Part shown: positions 50,838 to 62,146 of the stretch, piece after piece
Layout: the number at the start of each line of letters is the position of its first letter
How positions within the stretch are numbered: the stretch's first letter is position 1
Assembly (NCBI GenBank): GCA_043228905.1
Contig: JBHGNT010000008.1
Coordinates: forward strand, 15,934,001-15,998,000
Source of the DNA: Azolla caroliniana
Lineage: Eukaryota > Plantae > Polypodiophyta
Direction: 5' to 3'
DNA length: 64,000 bases
Translations under genes and position numbers: made by a program
The notes under the pieces: generated by a model
Told to the model about the DNA's origin: nothing
Seen by the model: the letters and a program-made list of their open reading frames with translations, nothing else
Database searches by the model: none

Positions 50838-50894
<57 letters not shown>

Positions 50895-53800
50895 AGAACT
50901 CAATTTCGAAATTATATTAAAACTGTGTCAACACACTGTGCTAAGTAGCACTATTTATACAAGTCCTCTTGGGACTGACAGAAGTACCGTGTACTTCAAT
51001 GCTCACACGAGCATCTGACACTTACTACGAGACTATAGCTACCTAGTAGTCTATCCTGTACTAGGCTTCCGATTGGACTGCTGGTTACGGATTGCACCCG
51101 GCCTCCACTGCTTGCCGGTTCGGTTGCTCACCGTCATACCGATCCGTCTCGCCGGATCCGTCTCGCTTACCGGCTCTGGCTTATTCAGCCGATCCGGCTC
51201 CGGTTGAGCTTGCCGCTCAACACTCCCCCTTAAGCTCAACCTGAGGTGGGGTCGTAGTGTCGACCTCTGTGGCAGTCGGTTCTTCCAACCGACTTCTCCT
51301 GGCGTCACTCCGCTTTGCTCGCGCTCCTCGTCCGGTCCGGTCACATTTGCCGTGACCCCTTTGGTTCTGCGTGCCTCGACCTTCTCGGTCGGCATGTCTG
51401 CTCAATAGGCCCTTCTCAGCACTCACGTTACTGTGACTCCGGCGCTTGCCTATCCATCGGTTCTCCCACGATGGCATCGACTTCCGCTGTGTCTGTGTCC
51501 CCTTGGCCTTCAGTCGATCCGACTCATCCAGATCCATCTGTTGATCCGAGTCAACTGTCTCCGACTCGTTCCAGCTCTTGTCTGAATCGGTACACTCCGA
51601 TTCGACTTCTGGCTTCAGGCCTCTCACCACATCGGACCACTTCCGAGTCTTGGGCTTCTCCATGCTTCCCTCGGCTTCTTCAGCCGATGAACCGAAATCG
51701 AATTCTTCATTTGACTCTGTATCATGGTCAGTACCGTCGTGATGACGTTCGCACTGCATACGTTTCTCTTCCTGAGTGCACAACTCTTCTTCACAGCCGC
51801 TTGCTCCAACCTGCTCGGATGTGTCGACTTCCTTCATCTTCTTGTCTCCTCTTCTTCTGGTTCTCCTCTTACCGACGGGTTCAACAGTTTTTTGGCCTTT
51901 GCCCGTTTCGGTAGAGACTTTGCCCTTGCTTCTCCCCCTCAAGTGCGGCACGTTGAGATGTTGAATACCAAGCATGTCGGTAAAGTGCTGCAACTTGTCC
52001 GATCCGAGCGGCTTGGTGAAGATGTCGGCAACTTGCCGATCCGTATGAACATACCGTAGGTCAACTTCACCGCTCAGGACCCGCTCACGCACGAAGTGGT
52101 AGTGCACCTCGATGTGCTTTGTGCGAGCATGGAACACAGGGTTCTTGGCGAGCTGCAGGCTACTCATGTTATCGCAGTAAATCGGGATCGGGGTCAGTCC
52201 CTCGATCCGCAAGTCTCGCAGCTGTCGCCGAAGCCAAATGGCTTCACAAGTGGCTATGATAGCGGCCCGGTACTTAGCCTCAGTGCTTGACAAAGCCACT
52301 GTGGGCTGCTTCTTGCTGCTCCACGCAACGGCCGCGCTACCTATGGAGAACATGTATCTGGAAGTGGAGCGGCGATCAAACGCATCGCCGGCCCAGTCAG
52401 GATCTGTGTAACCGACAAGCTCTTTGGGTATACCTCGCCGGTATAGCAGTCCCCGGTCCTTAGTGCCGCTGACATATCGTAATATTCGTTGCGCGCACTG
52501 AAGATGCTCCACGGTCGGCTTCTGCATGAACTGACTTACCATGCCGACCGGATAGCTGATGTCGGGTCGGGTGATGGTTAAGTAAATCAGGCTTCTGACA
52601 ACCTGTCGGAACCGTTTCTCATTGCAGGCCGGTCCGGAGTTGGGACGGAGCTTCTGGTTCCGGTCCAGGGGTGTGGAGACAGGTCGGCAATCCGTCATGC
52701 CGAACTTATACAGCATATTCAACACATAATGTCGTTGTGAGAGCAATATGCCGTCGGGGATCCGGATCACTTCGATCCCAAGAAAATAATGAAGGTCCCC
52801 TAGGTCCTTCATTTCGAATGCGTCCGACAACTGGGACTTGACACGGTTGATTTCGGGAAGACCCGGTCCGGTGATGACTAAATCATCCACATACAAGAGT
52901 ATACATACCAGACCGTCAGAGCCTTGCCGGATGAACAACGAAGAGTCTGACTTAGAGAAAACAAACCCCAGCTTACGCAACCGGTGCGTGATCTTCGCGT
53001 TCCAGGCTCGGGGGGCTTGCTTCAAGCCGTAAAGCGACTTCTTCAGTCGGCATACCGCCGACTCGTTCATCTCCGATTGAAATCCGGGGGGCTGAGTCAT
53101 AAAGACTTCTTCTTCAAGCTCTCCTTGAAGGAAGGCGTTCTTTACATCCATCTGGTGAAGATGCCACCCCCTTGCCGCAGCAACCGCCAGTACCACACGA
53201 ACCGTCGTCATCTTCGCCACAGGAGCGAAGGTCTTGTCGTAGTCGATTCCATGGGTCTGCGTGTATCCCTTCGCCACTAACCGGGCTTTGTACCGGTTAA
53301 CAGAACCGTCGGCGTTGTACTTGACCTTGTACACCCACTTGCATCCGATCGGTTTACAGTGACGGGGAGGATCAACTAAGTCCCAAGTTTCGTTGGCATC
53401 GAGTGCCCGCATTTCTTCGTCCATAGCGGCACGCCAATTTGCGTCCTTTGCCGCTTCTGCGTAGCTCTCCGGCTCACGCACTTCTGTCACCTTAGTCATG
53501 TACGCATAATGATGCGCCATGTATTCATTGTACCCGTACCGCACGACGGGATCCTTCTGACGGGTTGATCGGCGCAACGCACCGTCACCTGATTTGAGGC
53601 CCTTCTTGACCAGTTCGGTCTTCGTTGCCGAAGATCTACCTTTCTCCTTTCCGGAGTCGGATACGCACCGATCCGACTCATCGTTGCCGGTTTCGAATTC
53701 CGGCACCTTCCTCTTCCCCTTCTCTTTGCGCGTGAACCGTTTCCTTGGTTCCTTGCGCGGGGAGAGCACGGCAGAGTCTCCACCACTTGCCGTCTCTTCA

Positions 53801-54452
53801 TCTGACTGGTCCAACCAACTCAGTCGCTCGTTCGGTCCACTCAACCGTAACGATTCCGGACTCTCATCTTGAGTCCCAGCTTCATCATCCTCTGACAGGG
53901 CTGATTCAGGCTCACTGGCCTGATCTTCCGACATTGGGTCGGGATCAGAAGTCGGAGTCGGTATTGAGTACCAGGATGCCGATTCATCGAACTCGACATC
54001 CCGGCTAACTCGGACTTCCTTCGTCCGGGGGTTATAGCATTTGTACCCCTTTTTCTCTTAAGCATAGCCGACTAGGATGCATTTTTCCGATTTTGCATCC
54101 AGCTTTCTCCGCTTCTGATCCGGCACATGCACATACTCTATGCTGCCGAATATCCGAAGGTGTCTTAAGTTCGGCTTGCGCCCGAAATACAGCTCATGAG
54201 CTGACACCTTGTCACCAATGCGGTTTTGTATGTAGACGGCTGTCTGGACCGCCTCCGCCCAGTAGAACCGGGGCATGCTCTTTTCCTCCAGCATTGCCCT
54301 TGCCGCTTCTACGAGTGTCCGGTTCTTTCTTTCGGCCACACCGTTTTGCTCCGGTGTGTATCTGCAGCTGAACTCTCGCCGAATTCCCTTCTACTGCAGA
54401 TAACTAGTGAATTGGCCGGAAAAATATTCCTTTCCGCCATCCGACCGAAGGC
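50798..54452 (-). mobile_element. Ty1/copia 3' part (3' LTR 50798-51222, INT-RT-RH), 5' part deleted
   Basis: LTR TGTAAACG...CTCAACA, PPT complement CTCCCCCT at 51223. Integrase RSDGGKEY/AERKNR, abrupt junction to gypsy RT near 54453. Confidence 0.92.
51217..53934 (-). CDS. Copia pol segment (RT-RNase H plus about 235-aa charged C-terminal extension)
   Basis: 905-aa open frame with IGCKWVYK, LYVDDL, YTDPDWAG and ADIFTK, continuing past HLRGR to ELKGEC, which overlaps the PPT and LTR start. Confidence 0.8.
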   Translation of the reverse strand: MSEDQASEPESALSEDDEAGTQDESPESLRLSGPNERLSWLDQSDEETASGGDSAVLSPRKEPRKRFTRKEKGKRKVPEFETGNDESDRCVSDSGKEKGRSSATKTELVKKGLKSGDGALRRSTRQKDPVVRYGYNEYMAHHYAYMTKVTEVREPESYAEAAKDANWRAAMDEEMRALDANETWDLVDPPRHCKPIGCKWVYKVKYNADGSVNRYKARLVAKGYTQTHGIDYDKTFAPVAKMTTVRVVLAVAAARGWHLHQMDVKNAFLQGELEEEVFMTQPPGFQSEMNESAVCRLKKSLYGLKQAPRAWNAKITHRLRKLGFVFSKSDSSLFIRQGSDGLVCILLYVDDLVITGPGLPEINRVKSQLSDAFEMKDLGDLHYFLGIEVIRIPDGILLSQRHYVLNMLYKFGMTDCRPVSTPLDRNQKLRPNSGPACNEKRFRQVVRSLIYLTITRPDISYPVGMVSQFMQKPTVEHLQCAQRILRYVSGTKDRGLLYRRGIPKELVGYTDPDWAGDAFDRRSTSRYMFSIGSAAVAWSSKKQPTVALSSTEAKYRAAIIATCEAIWLRRQLRDLRIEGLTPIPIYCDNMSSLQLAKNPVFHARTKHIEVHYHFVRERVLSGEVDLRYVHTDRQVADIFTKPLGSDKLQHFTDMLGIQHLNVPHLRGRSKGKVSTETGKGQKTVEPVGKRRTRRRGDKKMKEVDTSEQVGASGCEEELCTQEEKRMQCERHHDGTDHDTESNEEFDFGSSAEEAEGSMEKPKTRKWSDVVRGLKPEVESECTDSDKSWNESETVDSDQQMDLDESDRLKAKGTQTQRKSMPSWENRWIGKRRSHSNVSAEKGLLSRHADREGRGTQNQRGHGKCDRTGRGARAKRSDARRSRLEEPTATEVDTTTPPQVELKGEC

Positions 54453-56147
54453 CAGGTGTTGTTTTTTGGGACAGATCCGGTGGCACAGCCGAATGATACG
54501 ACACCTGGCCGATTTCGCGACACCTTTACACGCGGCATTCCATCGCCTTCCCTTCCAATGGATGTCAATCGAGGACACGGCCTATCAGACCCTGAAACGA
54601 ATGCTGTCACATGCTCCGGTGGTCCAGTCTCCGATTTGGTCCGAACCATTTCATGTCTTCGTAGATGCTTCGGACATCGCCATCGGAAGTGCCCTATTGC
54701 AATGCACACCCCCGAATTGGTATAGGCCCGTGTACTACGCCAGCCGACGGCTGTCGACCGCGGAAAAGAATTACTCCACCACCGAGCGGGAGGCCCTCGG
54801 TATGATTTATAGCATCACTAAATTTCGGCATTACCTCTTGGGCCGAAAATTTACCTTTCACGTGGATCACTTGGCCCTTCTTTATTTGGTCAATAAACAA
54901 GCCCTCACCGGACAGTTGGCTCGGTGGATGCTCCTACTACAAGATTTTGATTTCCAGATTCAGCATCGACCCGGGATACAACATGCCGTCGCCGACTACT
55001 TGAGCCGTCTTGAGTCAGGGGAACCGGCGAAAACAACGTACGACGAGCTACCGGACGCCAGCCTATTTAACCTGACCACGATACCATACGATAACGGAGA
55101 TGAATGGATCACGGAGATGACCCATTTTCTCACTACCGGTGTACCTCCCGAGCACATGCCCCTGGACACGAGAAAATGCCTAGGAGTGCGTAGCCGGAAT
55201 TTTTGTCTCGTCTCAGACATTCTCTACCACAAAGGCTCGGACGGCATATGGCGCCGAGCGATTCGGCAATTCGGCATAGGAAGCCCACTAGGGAGTAGCT
55301 GGGGGGCACTACGCCGGGGATTTCATGGCAAGGAAATTTTGGCAAAGTGGATTGTGGTGGCCGACAACGAAGAAAGACGCTCACGAGTTTTGCCGGCAGT
55401 GCGTTTTGTGCCAACGACTGGGGCAACCAATGGAACAGTCACGGATGCCACACCGGCCGATTCTTCCGTTGGACCCATTTCAAAAATGGGGTTTGGATTT
55501 TGTAGGCCCTTTCAAACCACCCGCGGCCCGTACAGGGAATAGGTATATTATCGTTGCCACGGATTACTGCACCAAATGGGTCGAGGCTAAGGCACTCCGA
55601 GACAACACGGCGACATCCACGGCTAAATTCGTGTACGAGCACCTCTGGTGCTGTTACGGATGCCCAATCGAGCTCGTTAGTGATCAAGGTGGTCACTTCA
55701 TCAATCATATAATACGTGAGCTTACACACCACTACGCAGTGGTGCACAAGAAAAGCACACCATACTACCCGCAGGCGAACGGCTTGGCGGAATCGACCAA
55801 TAAAATCCTCCAAACCATACTGAAGAAAATCGTCAATGAAAATAGGACCGATTGGGACGACAAACTCCAGAGCGCGTTGTCGTAGTGTATTCCGCACACT
55901 ACGTGAAAACCATAAAATAATATATCCGATTTTAGATACATATAAATTAATAAATAATATATCAAAAAGAATTTATCACGTGCATAGGGCAAGATTCAAA
56001 CCATGCACCTCCACGTAGATAAACCCCAACTTTACCATTGTAATAACTTATCTTTAGTGTTATAAATATAGATTTAATACGTATAGGACCTTTATTTACA
56101 CATACCTTTATTAAAAAGGTAAAAATCATGTATTCTCTAGAGTGTGA

Positions 56148-56232
56148 TGTTGTCGACAAAGTCGTCTATGCGGAAGATCAAGAAGCATTCGATTGCTGTT
56201 GAGTACCTGCGTATGACAGTCTCTAGGTCGTT

Positions 56233-56276
<44 letters not shown>

Positions 56277-59200
56277 GCACAAGAAAACTCTTTATTCCAC
56301 AAAGCAACAATACAACATCCAACCCCACAAAAAGGTTACAAGGTCACTATATATAGTGACCGACTTAGGGCAACCACCCTTTATGCTAATTACACAAATG
56401 CCCCAAACTTGGGCTATACAAAGAGATAGTGTGAATACGTCCATTATACACTTGTATTCGACACTCCCCCGTAATGGGCGTATACATGGGTTATCTAAGA
56501 TTACAGGTATAAACCTAGGTTCTCGGACATATCAGTTTTTGTTCGAGTCGGCAGGGTCCGAAGGCAGAAGACCGAACTGGTCGGGTCGGAAGTGTTGAAG
56601 CCGATCATTAAGGAACTGATGTCGGTTGTCGAAAACCATCCTGTGCTGTGTCCGGCTCTAACCGGATTGGTTTGTCGTTACGCCCATCTGATGCCGAAGA
56701 GACCGAAAGCGGTCTGCCGAAAGACACTTGGTCATTCCATCTGCGACATTGTCGGTTGTGGATATTTTCTCTAGACCGATTTTCCCTGAAATGACGCAGT
56801 CCCGAACGAAGTGATATCGAACGTCGATATGTTTGGAGGCGTTGTGGTGAACCGGATTTTTTGACAAGGCAACAGCACCTTGACTGTCGCTGTAGACAAC
56901 TGGGGCCGAGTCATGGTCGACTTGTCGAAACGTGTGCGCCAGCCGACCGAGCCACAAAGCTTCTTTTGCTGCGTCGGACGCAGCTACATATTCTGCTTCG
57001 GTCGTTGAGGTCGCTGTGCACTCCTGAAGTTTCGACTTCCACGAGATTGCTCCATTGCCGAATTTGAAGCAGTATCCGGTTGTTGATTTCTGACTGTCTA
57101 TACAGCCGGCGAAGTCCGAGTCGGTGTAACCGACTACGCCTGAGGTTCGGTTCGGACCGAAGAGAATGCCGTGGTCTTTTGTGCCAGCCAGATATCTGAA
57201 CACATGCTTGACTGCGTTCCAATGCGATCGGCCGGGATTGTGCATAAATCTGCTAACGACTCCTACGGCGTGAGAAATATCAGGCCGTGTCGCGACCATC
57301 AGGTACATAAGGGAGCCGACTGCCGGTGCATACGGTACCGACTTCATATCTTCCCCCTCCGGGCCGGATGTCGGGCAGTCTCGCTGAGAGATCCGAAGAT
57401 TCATGGGGAGCGGGGTTGAAGCAGATTTGGCTGATTGCATGTTGAAGCGTTCTAAGATACGTCGGATATAGTCGGTCTGAGACAAAAAAAGATGTCGTGT
57501 ATCGCGATGCCGACTAATCTTCATGCCGAGTATGTGTCGTGCCGGACCGAGGTCCTTCATGGAAAACTTCAACCGCAGTTGCCGAATGAGATCGGCAAGT
57601 TCGCCCGCGTGGCGTCCAGAAATTAGCATGTCGTCCACGTAGATGATGAGGAAGATGGGTGATCCATCTTGAGCTGTATTGGTGAAAAGACAATGGTCCT
57701 CATCGCTTTTGGAGAAGCCGATCGATTGGATGAAGTCGTCGAACTTCTTGTACCATTGTCGCGGTGCCTGTTTGAGACCGTATAGACTCTTCCTGAGTCG
57801 GCAGACTAGATGTTCTTGGCCAGTTGCCACGAAGCCTTTGGGCTGCTCCATATAAATTTCCTCTTCAAGATCACCATGGAGGAAGGCTGTTTTGACATCT
57901 AGCTGAATCAGCTCCAAGTTGTCGGCTGCCACTACGCCGAGTAGAAAACGAAGGGTTGTCATTTTCACCACTGGTGAAAAAATCTCGTCGAAGTCGACGC
58001 CATATTCTTGTCGGAAGCCCTTCGCAACTAATCTGGCCTTGTACTTTGGGGTGGTCGAATCAGACGTCTCTTTTAGTCGATAAACCCACTTGCAAGGAAG
58101 AGCACGTCGATTCTTAGGTAATTCGACCAGATCCCAGGTCTTGTTTGCCCGAATGGAGTGCATTTCCGACTCCATCGCCAGATGCCAGGTGGCTGAATCG
58201 ACAGAAGTCGATGCTTCTTCGTAAGACGTCGGTTCGCCGGCGTCGGTGAAGAAAATTCCAGGAGAATACCTCTCCGGAGGTTGCGACAGTCTCTCGGATC
58301 GTCGAGGTATGATTGGACTGGTCGCATCGGGTATCGTGGTCGGATGGTCCGAAAGCGGATTGTTCTGCTGTGCCGAGTCGGGGTTGTCCGAGTCGGTAGT
58401 GTAAGGTTCAGCTACCCGTGAAGCTGACCGTGTGTTGAGAGCGGGGCCTTCTTGAAGGGTCGGCACATCGGAGAATGTTACCCTTCGGACTTCGGTCGGT
58501 TTTTCGACTGATGGATTCATAGCCGACTCGTTGAACACAACGTCCGAACTTCGAACGATTTGTCTGCGTTCGGGGTCCCAGAGTCGGTATCCCATTTCGC
58601 CGTCTGATCCATATCCAAGGAAAATGCATTTCCTGGACCGAGGTGCAAGTTTTCGGCGATCATCTTTCGGAATGAGGGCGTACGCCTCGCATCCGAAGAT
58701 CCTCAGCTTGTCGTAATTCGGCTTACTGCCGATCCATAGTTCCTGAGGAATTTGAAGTCCTAGAGGTCTACTTGGCGACATATTGATTATGTGTACTGCC
58801 GTGAGTAGAGCCTCTGCCCAGAAGCCATCCGACAGTCCGGAGTGTTGGAGCATGGAAACTATCCGTTCTTGGATTGTCCGATTCATTCGTTCTGCAATCC
58901 CGTTTTGCTCCGGACTGTGTGGTGCCGTAAATTCACGTCGGATGCCGCGTTGTCGGCAGAATTTGACGAATTCTTCTGATTTGAACTCTCCCCCATTGTC
59001 GGTTCGAAAGCATTTCTGTTTTCGGTCGGTTTGATTTTCTACCATAGCGAGCCAATCGGAGAAGATCGAGAAGACACGATCTTTGGTGCGAATTGGATAC
59101 GCCCACACCTTTCGAGTCGAATCGTCAATAAAACTGACGAAGTAAGAGGCACCGCCGAGAGACTGATGCGGCATTGGGCCACAGACGTCCGAGTGGACTA

Positions 59201-61434
59201 AATCGAGGGGTCTCGTTTCTCTTGGTGCTGATGTCGGGTGTGATGCGGCCGCTTGTTTGCCATACTGGCAATGTTCGCAGAATTGATGGTCGGAGAAGGA
59301 GAGTTTAGGGATGTATCCGGCTCTAGATAGGTGCGTGATGCCGGCCTTGCTGAGGTGTCCCAATCTTCTGTGCCATAGTGATGACACAGGAATATCCACC
59401 AAAAACAGGTTACCCTCTCTGAGCGTAACATGTAACGGATACAGTGAGTGTATCTTGGGTCCTCTAGCAAGCAGGAGGTTCCCCCTGTGGAGTGTCCACC
59501 CTCCCGAAGAAAAACCGGCACGAATGCCGTCTTCATCTAGTTGTCCGACTGAGATCAATGGCCTTGAGAGCTCGGGTACATGTCGAACATTGTGAAGTAC
59601 AAGTGTAGAGCCACCTGCAAGGTTGAGCTCTACTGTGCCGATTCCAATGATGTCACAGTGTTGCGAGTTGCCGACCCGAACTGAGTCGGAGTGACGGATC
59701 GTATATTGCCGAAATTGGGATCGATGAGGAGTCACATGAAATGACGCGCCCGAATCTAAGAGCCATGTGCTCGATTCTTCAGTCGTGAGCAGAACTTCTG
59801 ATCCGACTGGATTTTCGATTGATAGTATATTCGGGTCGTTTGGTAGCACATCAGCTGAGAAGCTGACGTAATTGATCTCCTCATGCCGGCCACTCTTCTT
59901 GTTGTTCTTGTTCTTGAGTGCGCGGCAGTCGGCTTTGATGTGTCCGGGTTTCTTGCAATAGTTGCAGATTCGGTTATCCCGTGACTGGCTCCGTCTTCGC
60001 TGATTGTTCGGCGGCCGTGAGGAATCTCTTCCTCGTATGTTCGATCGGTCTGTCGAACCTTGTACTACATAAGCGTCGTCTGTTGAGTCTTTGGCGAAAG
60101 ACTTTCTCCGAGCTGCTTCGGTCAGGATTGCGCTCGTGACTTCGGAGTATTTAACAGCCGTGGTTGACGCGTTGCACACGGTTGTGACGAAAGTTTCCCA
60201 TGATGAGGGAAGGCTGCTCATGAGTATCATTGCTCTGAGTTCATCCTCGATTGCCGTCCCCTGTGACGAGATTTGGGAGCTTATGCTTTCGTACTCATTG
60301 AGGTGTGCTTGAACCGAATCGGATTCTTTCATCCGCAAGTTGTAGAGGCGCCGGATCAGAAACATCTTCGTTGCGGCGACCTTCTTTTCGTAAGTGTCCG
60401 ACAGTGTTTTCCACAGTTCGAATGCTGTCGTACACGATTGCACCGTAAAGTATACCGATTCCGATAGGTGCATCCGAATCGTGGCGCGAACGATTCTGTC
60501 CAGCTTCTGCCACTCAATTGGTTTGTATCCTTCTGGAGGTTCTTCATTTTCGATGGGATCGATTTGCCCCTTGACTATGAGATAGTCCTGCATTTGCTCC
60601 TTCCAGAAGTTGAAGTTCGATCCATCGAACTTTCGTAGACTCATTTCTGACGAGCCGGATGTTGATGCCATCAAATTCGGTTTCGGTTGATGAAGCTCGG
60701 TTCGGAGTTGACTACGAACCTTGTTGGAGTGCAGCCGGTTGGCTCACCCGATATCGTTCTAGTCGGATTTGAACCCGAGTCGGTTCGGCTTCGGAACTTG
60801 CTCGAATTGACTCCGGTAGCTTGAGGGACAGAACCGACTGGTCTTCCCGAATGTTGCCGAGTCGGAGTGAGCCCGGTTCGCTTCGGATATATATGCCGAA
60901 TACCGATTATTGAAACCGATTATCTGGACCGATTCTGCTTCGGTTGACTGCAGCAATGAGAGAGACGGATCCAACTGATCCTCCCGAATGTCGATCAGCC
61001 AGATGAAGCACGAATTTGGGTTGTTGTCTTGAGACTGATCTGCACCGAGCGGTTACAATGAGCGGCGAGCAGCGTTTGATGACCTCTTCGGATGCCGTTT
61101 AACCGAGTGGAGCACGATCGTGTCAATGTTGCACAAGGGGATTTCACCTCGAGTGGTTACGATCACAAGGAACGGAGTACAACCGGCTGGCTTACTCCAG
61201 GCGAAGATGATCTAACGCGATGAGGTGCAATCCTCGTTTTTCTTCTTCTTCTCTCTTCGAATGACGCAGGAAACCGAATACTGTGCAGGCTGAGACGACA
61301 GCCGACAGCGGATTGAAGGACCGAATACTGTGCGAGCTCTGATACCAGATGTTGTCGACAAAGTCGTCTATGCGGAAGATCAAGAAGCATTCGATTGCTG
61401 TTGAGTACCTGCGTATGACAGTCTCTAGGTCGTT

Positions 61435-61476
<42 letters not shown>

Positions 61477-61663
61477 GCACAAGAAAACTCTTTATTCCAC
61501 AAAGCAACAATACAACATCCAACCCCACAAAAAGGTTACAAGGTCACTATATATAGTGACCGACTTAGGGCAACCACCCTTTATGCTAATTACACAAATG
61601 CCCCAAACTTGGGCTATACAAAGAGATAGTGTGAATACGTCCATTATACACTTGTATTCGACA
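56148..61663 (-). mobile_element. Intact full-length Ty1/copia retrotransposon (5516 bp)
   Basis: LTRs 56148-56463 and 61350-61663 look identical except (AG)19 vs (AG)18. TSD TGTGA, tRNA-iMet PBS (61336-61347), PPT next to 56464, single intact ORF. Confidence 0.98.
56658..60671 (-). CDS. Copia gag-pol polyprotein (GAG-PR-INT-RT-RH), uninterrupted
   Basis: KFDGSNFNFW, CNYCKKPGHIKADC, WLLDSGAS, WHRRLGH, HSDVCGP/RTDNGGEF/NGIAERMN, IYVDDML, YTDSDFAG/TEAEY/ADGMTK. First ATG at 60671. Confidence 0.97.
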   Translation of the reverse strand: MASTSGSSEMSLRKFDGSNFNFWKEQMQDYLIVKGQIDPIENEEPPEGYKPIEWQKLDRIVRATIRMHLSESVYFTVQSCTTAFELWKTLSDTYEKKVAATKMFLIRRLYNLRMKESDSVQAHLNEYESISSQISSQGTAIEDELRAMILMSSLPSSWETFVTTVCNASTTAVKYSEVTSAILTEAARRKSFAKDSTDDAYVVQGSTDRSNIRGRDSSRPPNNQRRRSQSRDNRICNYCKKPGHIKADCRALKNKNNKKSGRHEEINYVSFSADVLPNDPNILSIENPVGSEVLLTTEESSTWLLDSGASFHVTPHRSQFRQYTIRHSDSVRVGNSQHCDIIGIGTVELNLAGGSTLVLHNVRHVPELSRPLISVGQLDEDGIRAGFSSGGWTLHRGNLLLARGPKIHSLYPLHVTLREGNLFLVDIPVSSLWHRRLGHLSKAGITHLSRAGYIPKLSFSDHQFCEHCQYGKQAAASHPTSAPRETRPLDLVHSDVCGPMPHQSLGGASYFVSFIDDSTRKVWAYPIRTKDRVFSIFSDWLAMVENQTDRKQKCFRTDNGGEFKSEEFVKFCRQRGIRREFTAPHSPEQNGIAERMNRTIQERIVSMLQHSGLSDGFWAEALLTAVHIINMSPSRPLGLQIPQELWIGSKPNYDKLRIFGCEAYALIPKDDRRKLAPRSRKCIFLGYGSDGEMGYRLWDPERRQIVRSSDVVFNESAMNPSVEKPTEVRRVTFSDVPTLQEGPALNTRSASRVAEPYTTDSDNPDSAQQNNPLSDHPTTIPDATSPIIPRRSERLSQPPERYSPGIFFTDAGEPTSYEEASTSVDSATWHLAMESEMHSIRANKTWDLVELPKNRRALPCKWVYRLKETSDSTTPKYKARLVAKGFRQEYGVDFDEIFSPVVKMTTLRFLLGVVAADNLELIQLDVKTAFLHGDLEEEIYMEQPKGFVATGQEHLVCRLRKSLYGLKQAPRQWYKKFDDFIQSIGFSKSDEDHCLFTNTAQDGSPIFLIIYVDDMLISGRHAGELADLIRQLRLKFSMKDLGPARHILGMKISRHRDTRHLFLSQTDYIRRILERFNMQSAKSASTPLPMNLRISQRDCPTSGPEGEDMKSVPYAPAVGSLMYLMVATRPDISHAVGVVSRFMHNPGRSHWNAVKHVFRYLAGTKDHGILFGPNRTSGVVGYTDSDFAGCIDSQKSTTGYCFKFGNGAISWKSKLQECTATSTTEAEYVAASDAAKEALWLGRLAHTFRQVDHDSAPVVYSDSQGAVALSKNPVHHNASKHIDVRYHFVRDCVISGKIGLEKISTTDNVADGMTKCLSADRFRSLRHQMGVTTNQSG

Positions 61664-62146
61664 TGTGAATATTTTATTTACACGTGACATTAAAAGTGAC
61701 TCATGCACATCTAGCGTGCATGAGCCCTATATTTAGGAAATGACAAAGCATCACATGCACATTTACTGTGCATGGGCACTTTAGGTGAAAAAGCATGAAG
61801 CCATGCTTAGCCTCTTCCATCTTTATATAAGGAGGAGAGAAATATGTATATGGTTGTTGATTAATATACAAGGATTGATCAATCTAATATATTCGGGGGG
61901 GGATTCACGAATTTTGCCATCTAATTGCTCTTATAATCTAAATATTGTTTTCAAATACACTAAACTCGTGGGATTCACGAGATTACTATCTTACATCTCT
62001 TCTTATTATTCATAACTAGCCTTAAGTGGTATTCCTCTTCCTCCTAGTCCAAAACCTCGGCGGTTTCCACCCGATTCACGCAACGATCCGGAGCCGAAAG
62101 GCACGACACAGTTGGTGAACCCGACGTGAAAACGGGTGGCAAGGAG

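Larger units (their letters stand above)
49623..55877 (+). mobile_element. Fragmented Arg-primed non-chromovirus gypsy (LTR 49623-50080, gag 50272-50797, RT-end/RH/INT 54453-55877), related to 31937-41034
   Basis: TGTTGTCC...GGCAACA, PBS TGGCACGCCCAG at 50086. gag YPRYTDGLDAESHIR, FLGQIRWHSRMIR, FVDASD, VSDQGGHF. Whether both pieces belong to one copy is not provable because a deletion joins them to the copia insert. Confidence 0.8.

Noticed and set aside
54226-55542. 438-aa novel fusion ORF
   Set aside because: The N-terminus is antisense copia integrase read across a deletion junction into gypsy RT/RH.
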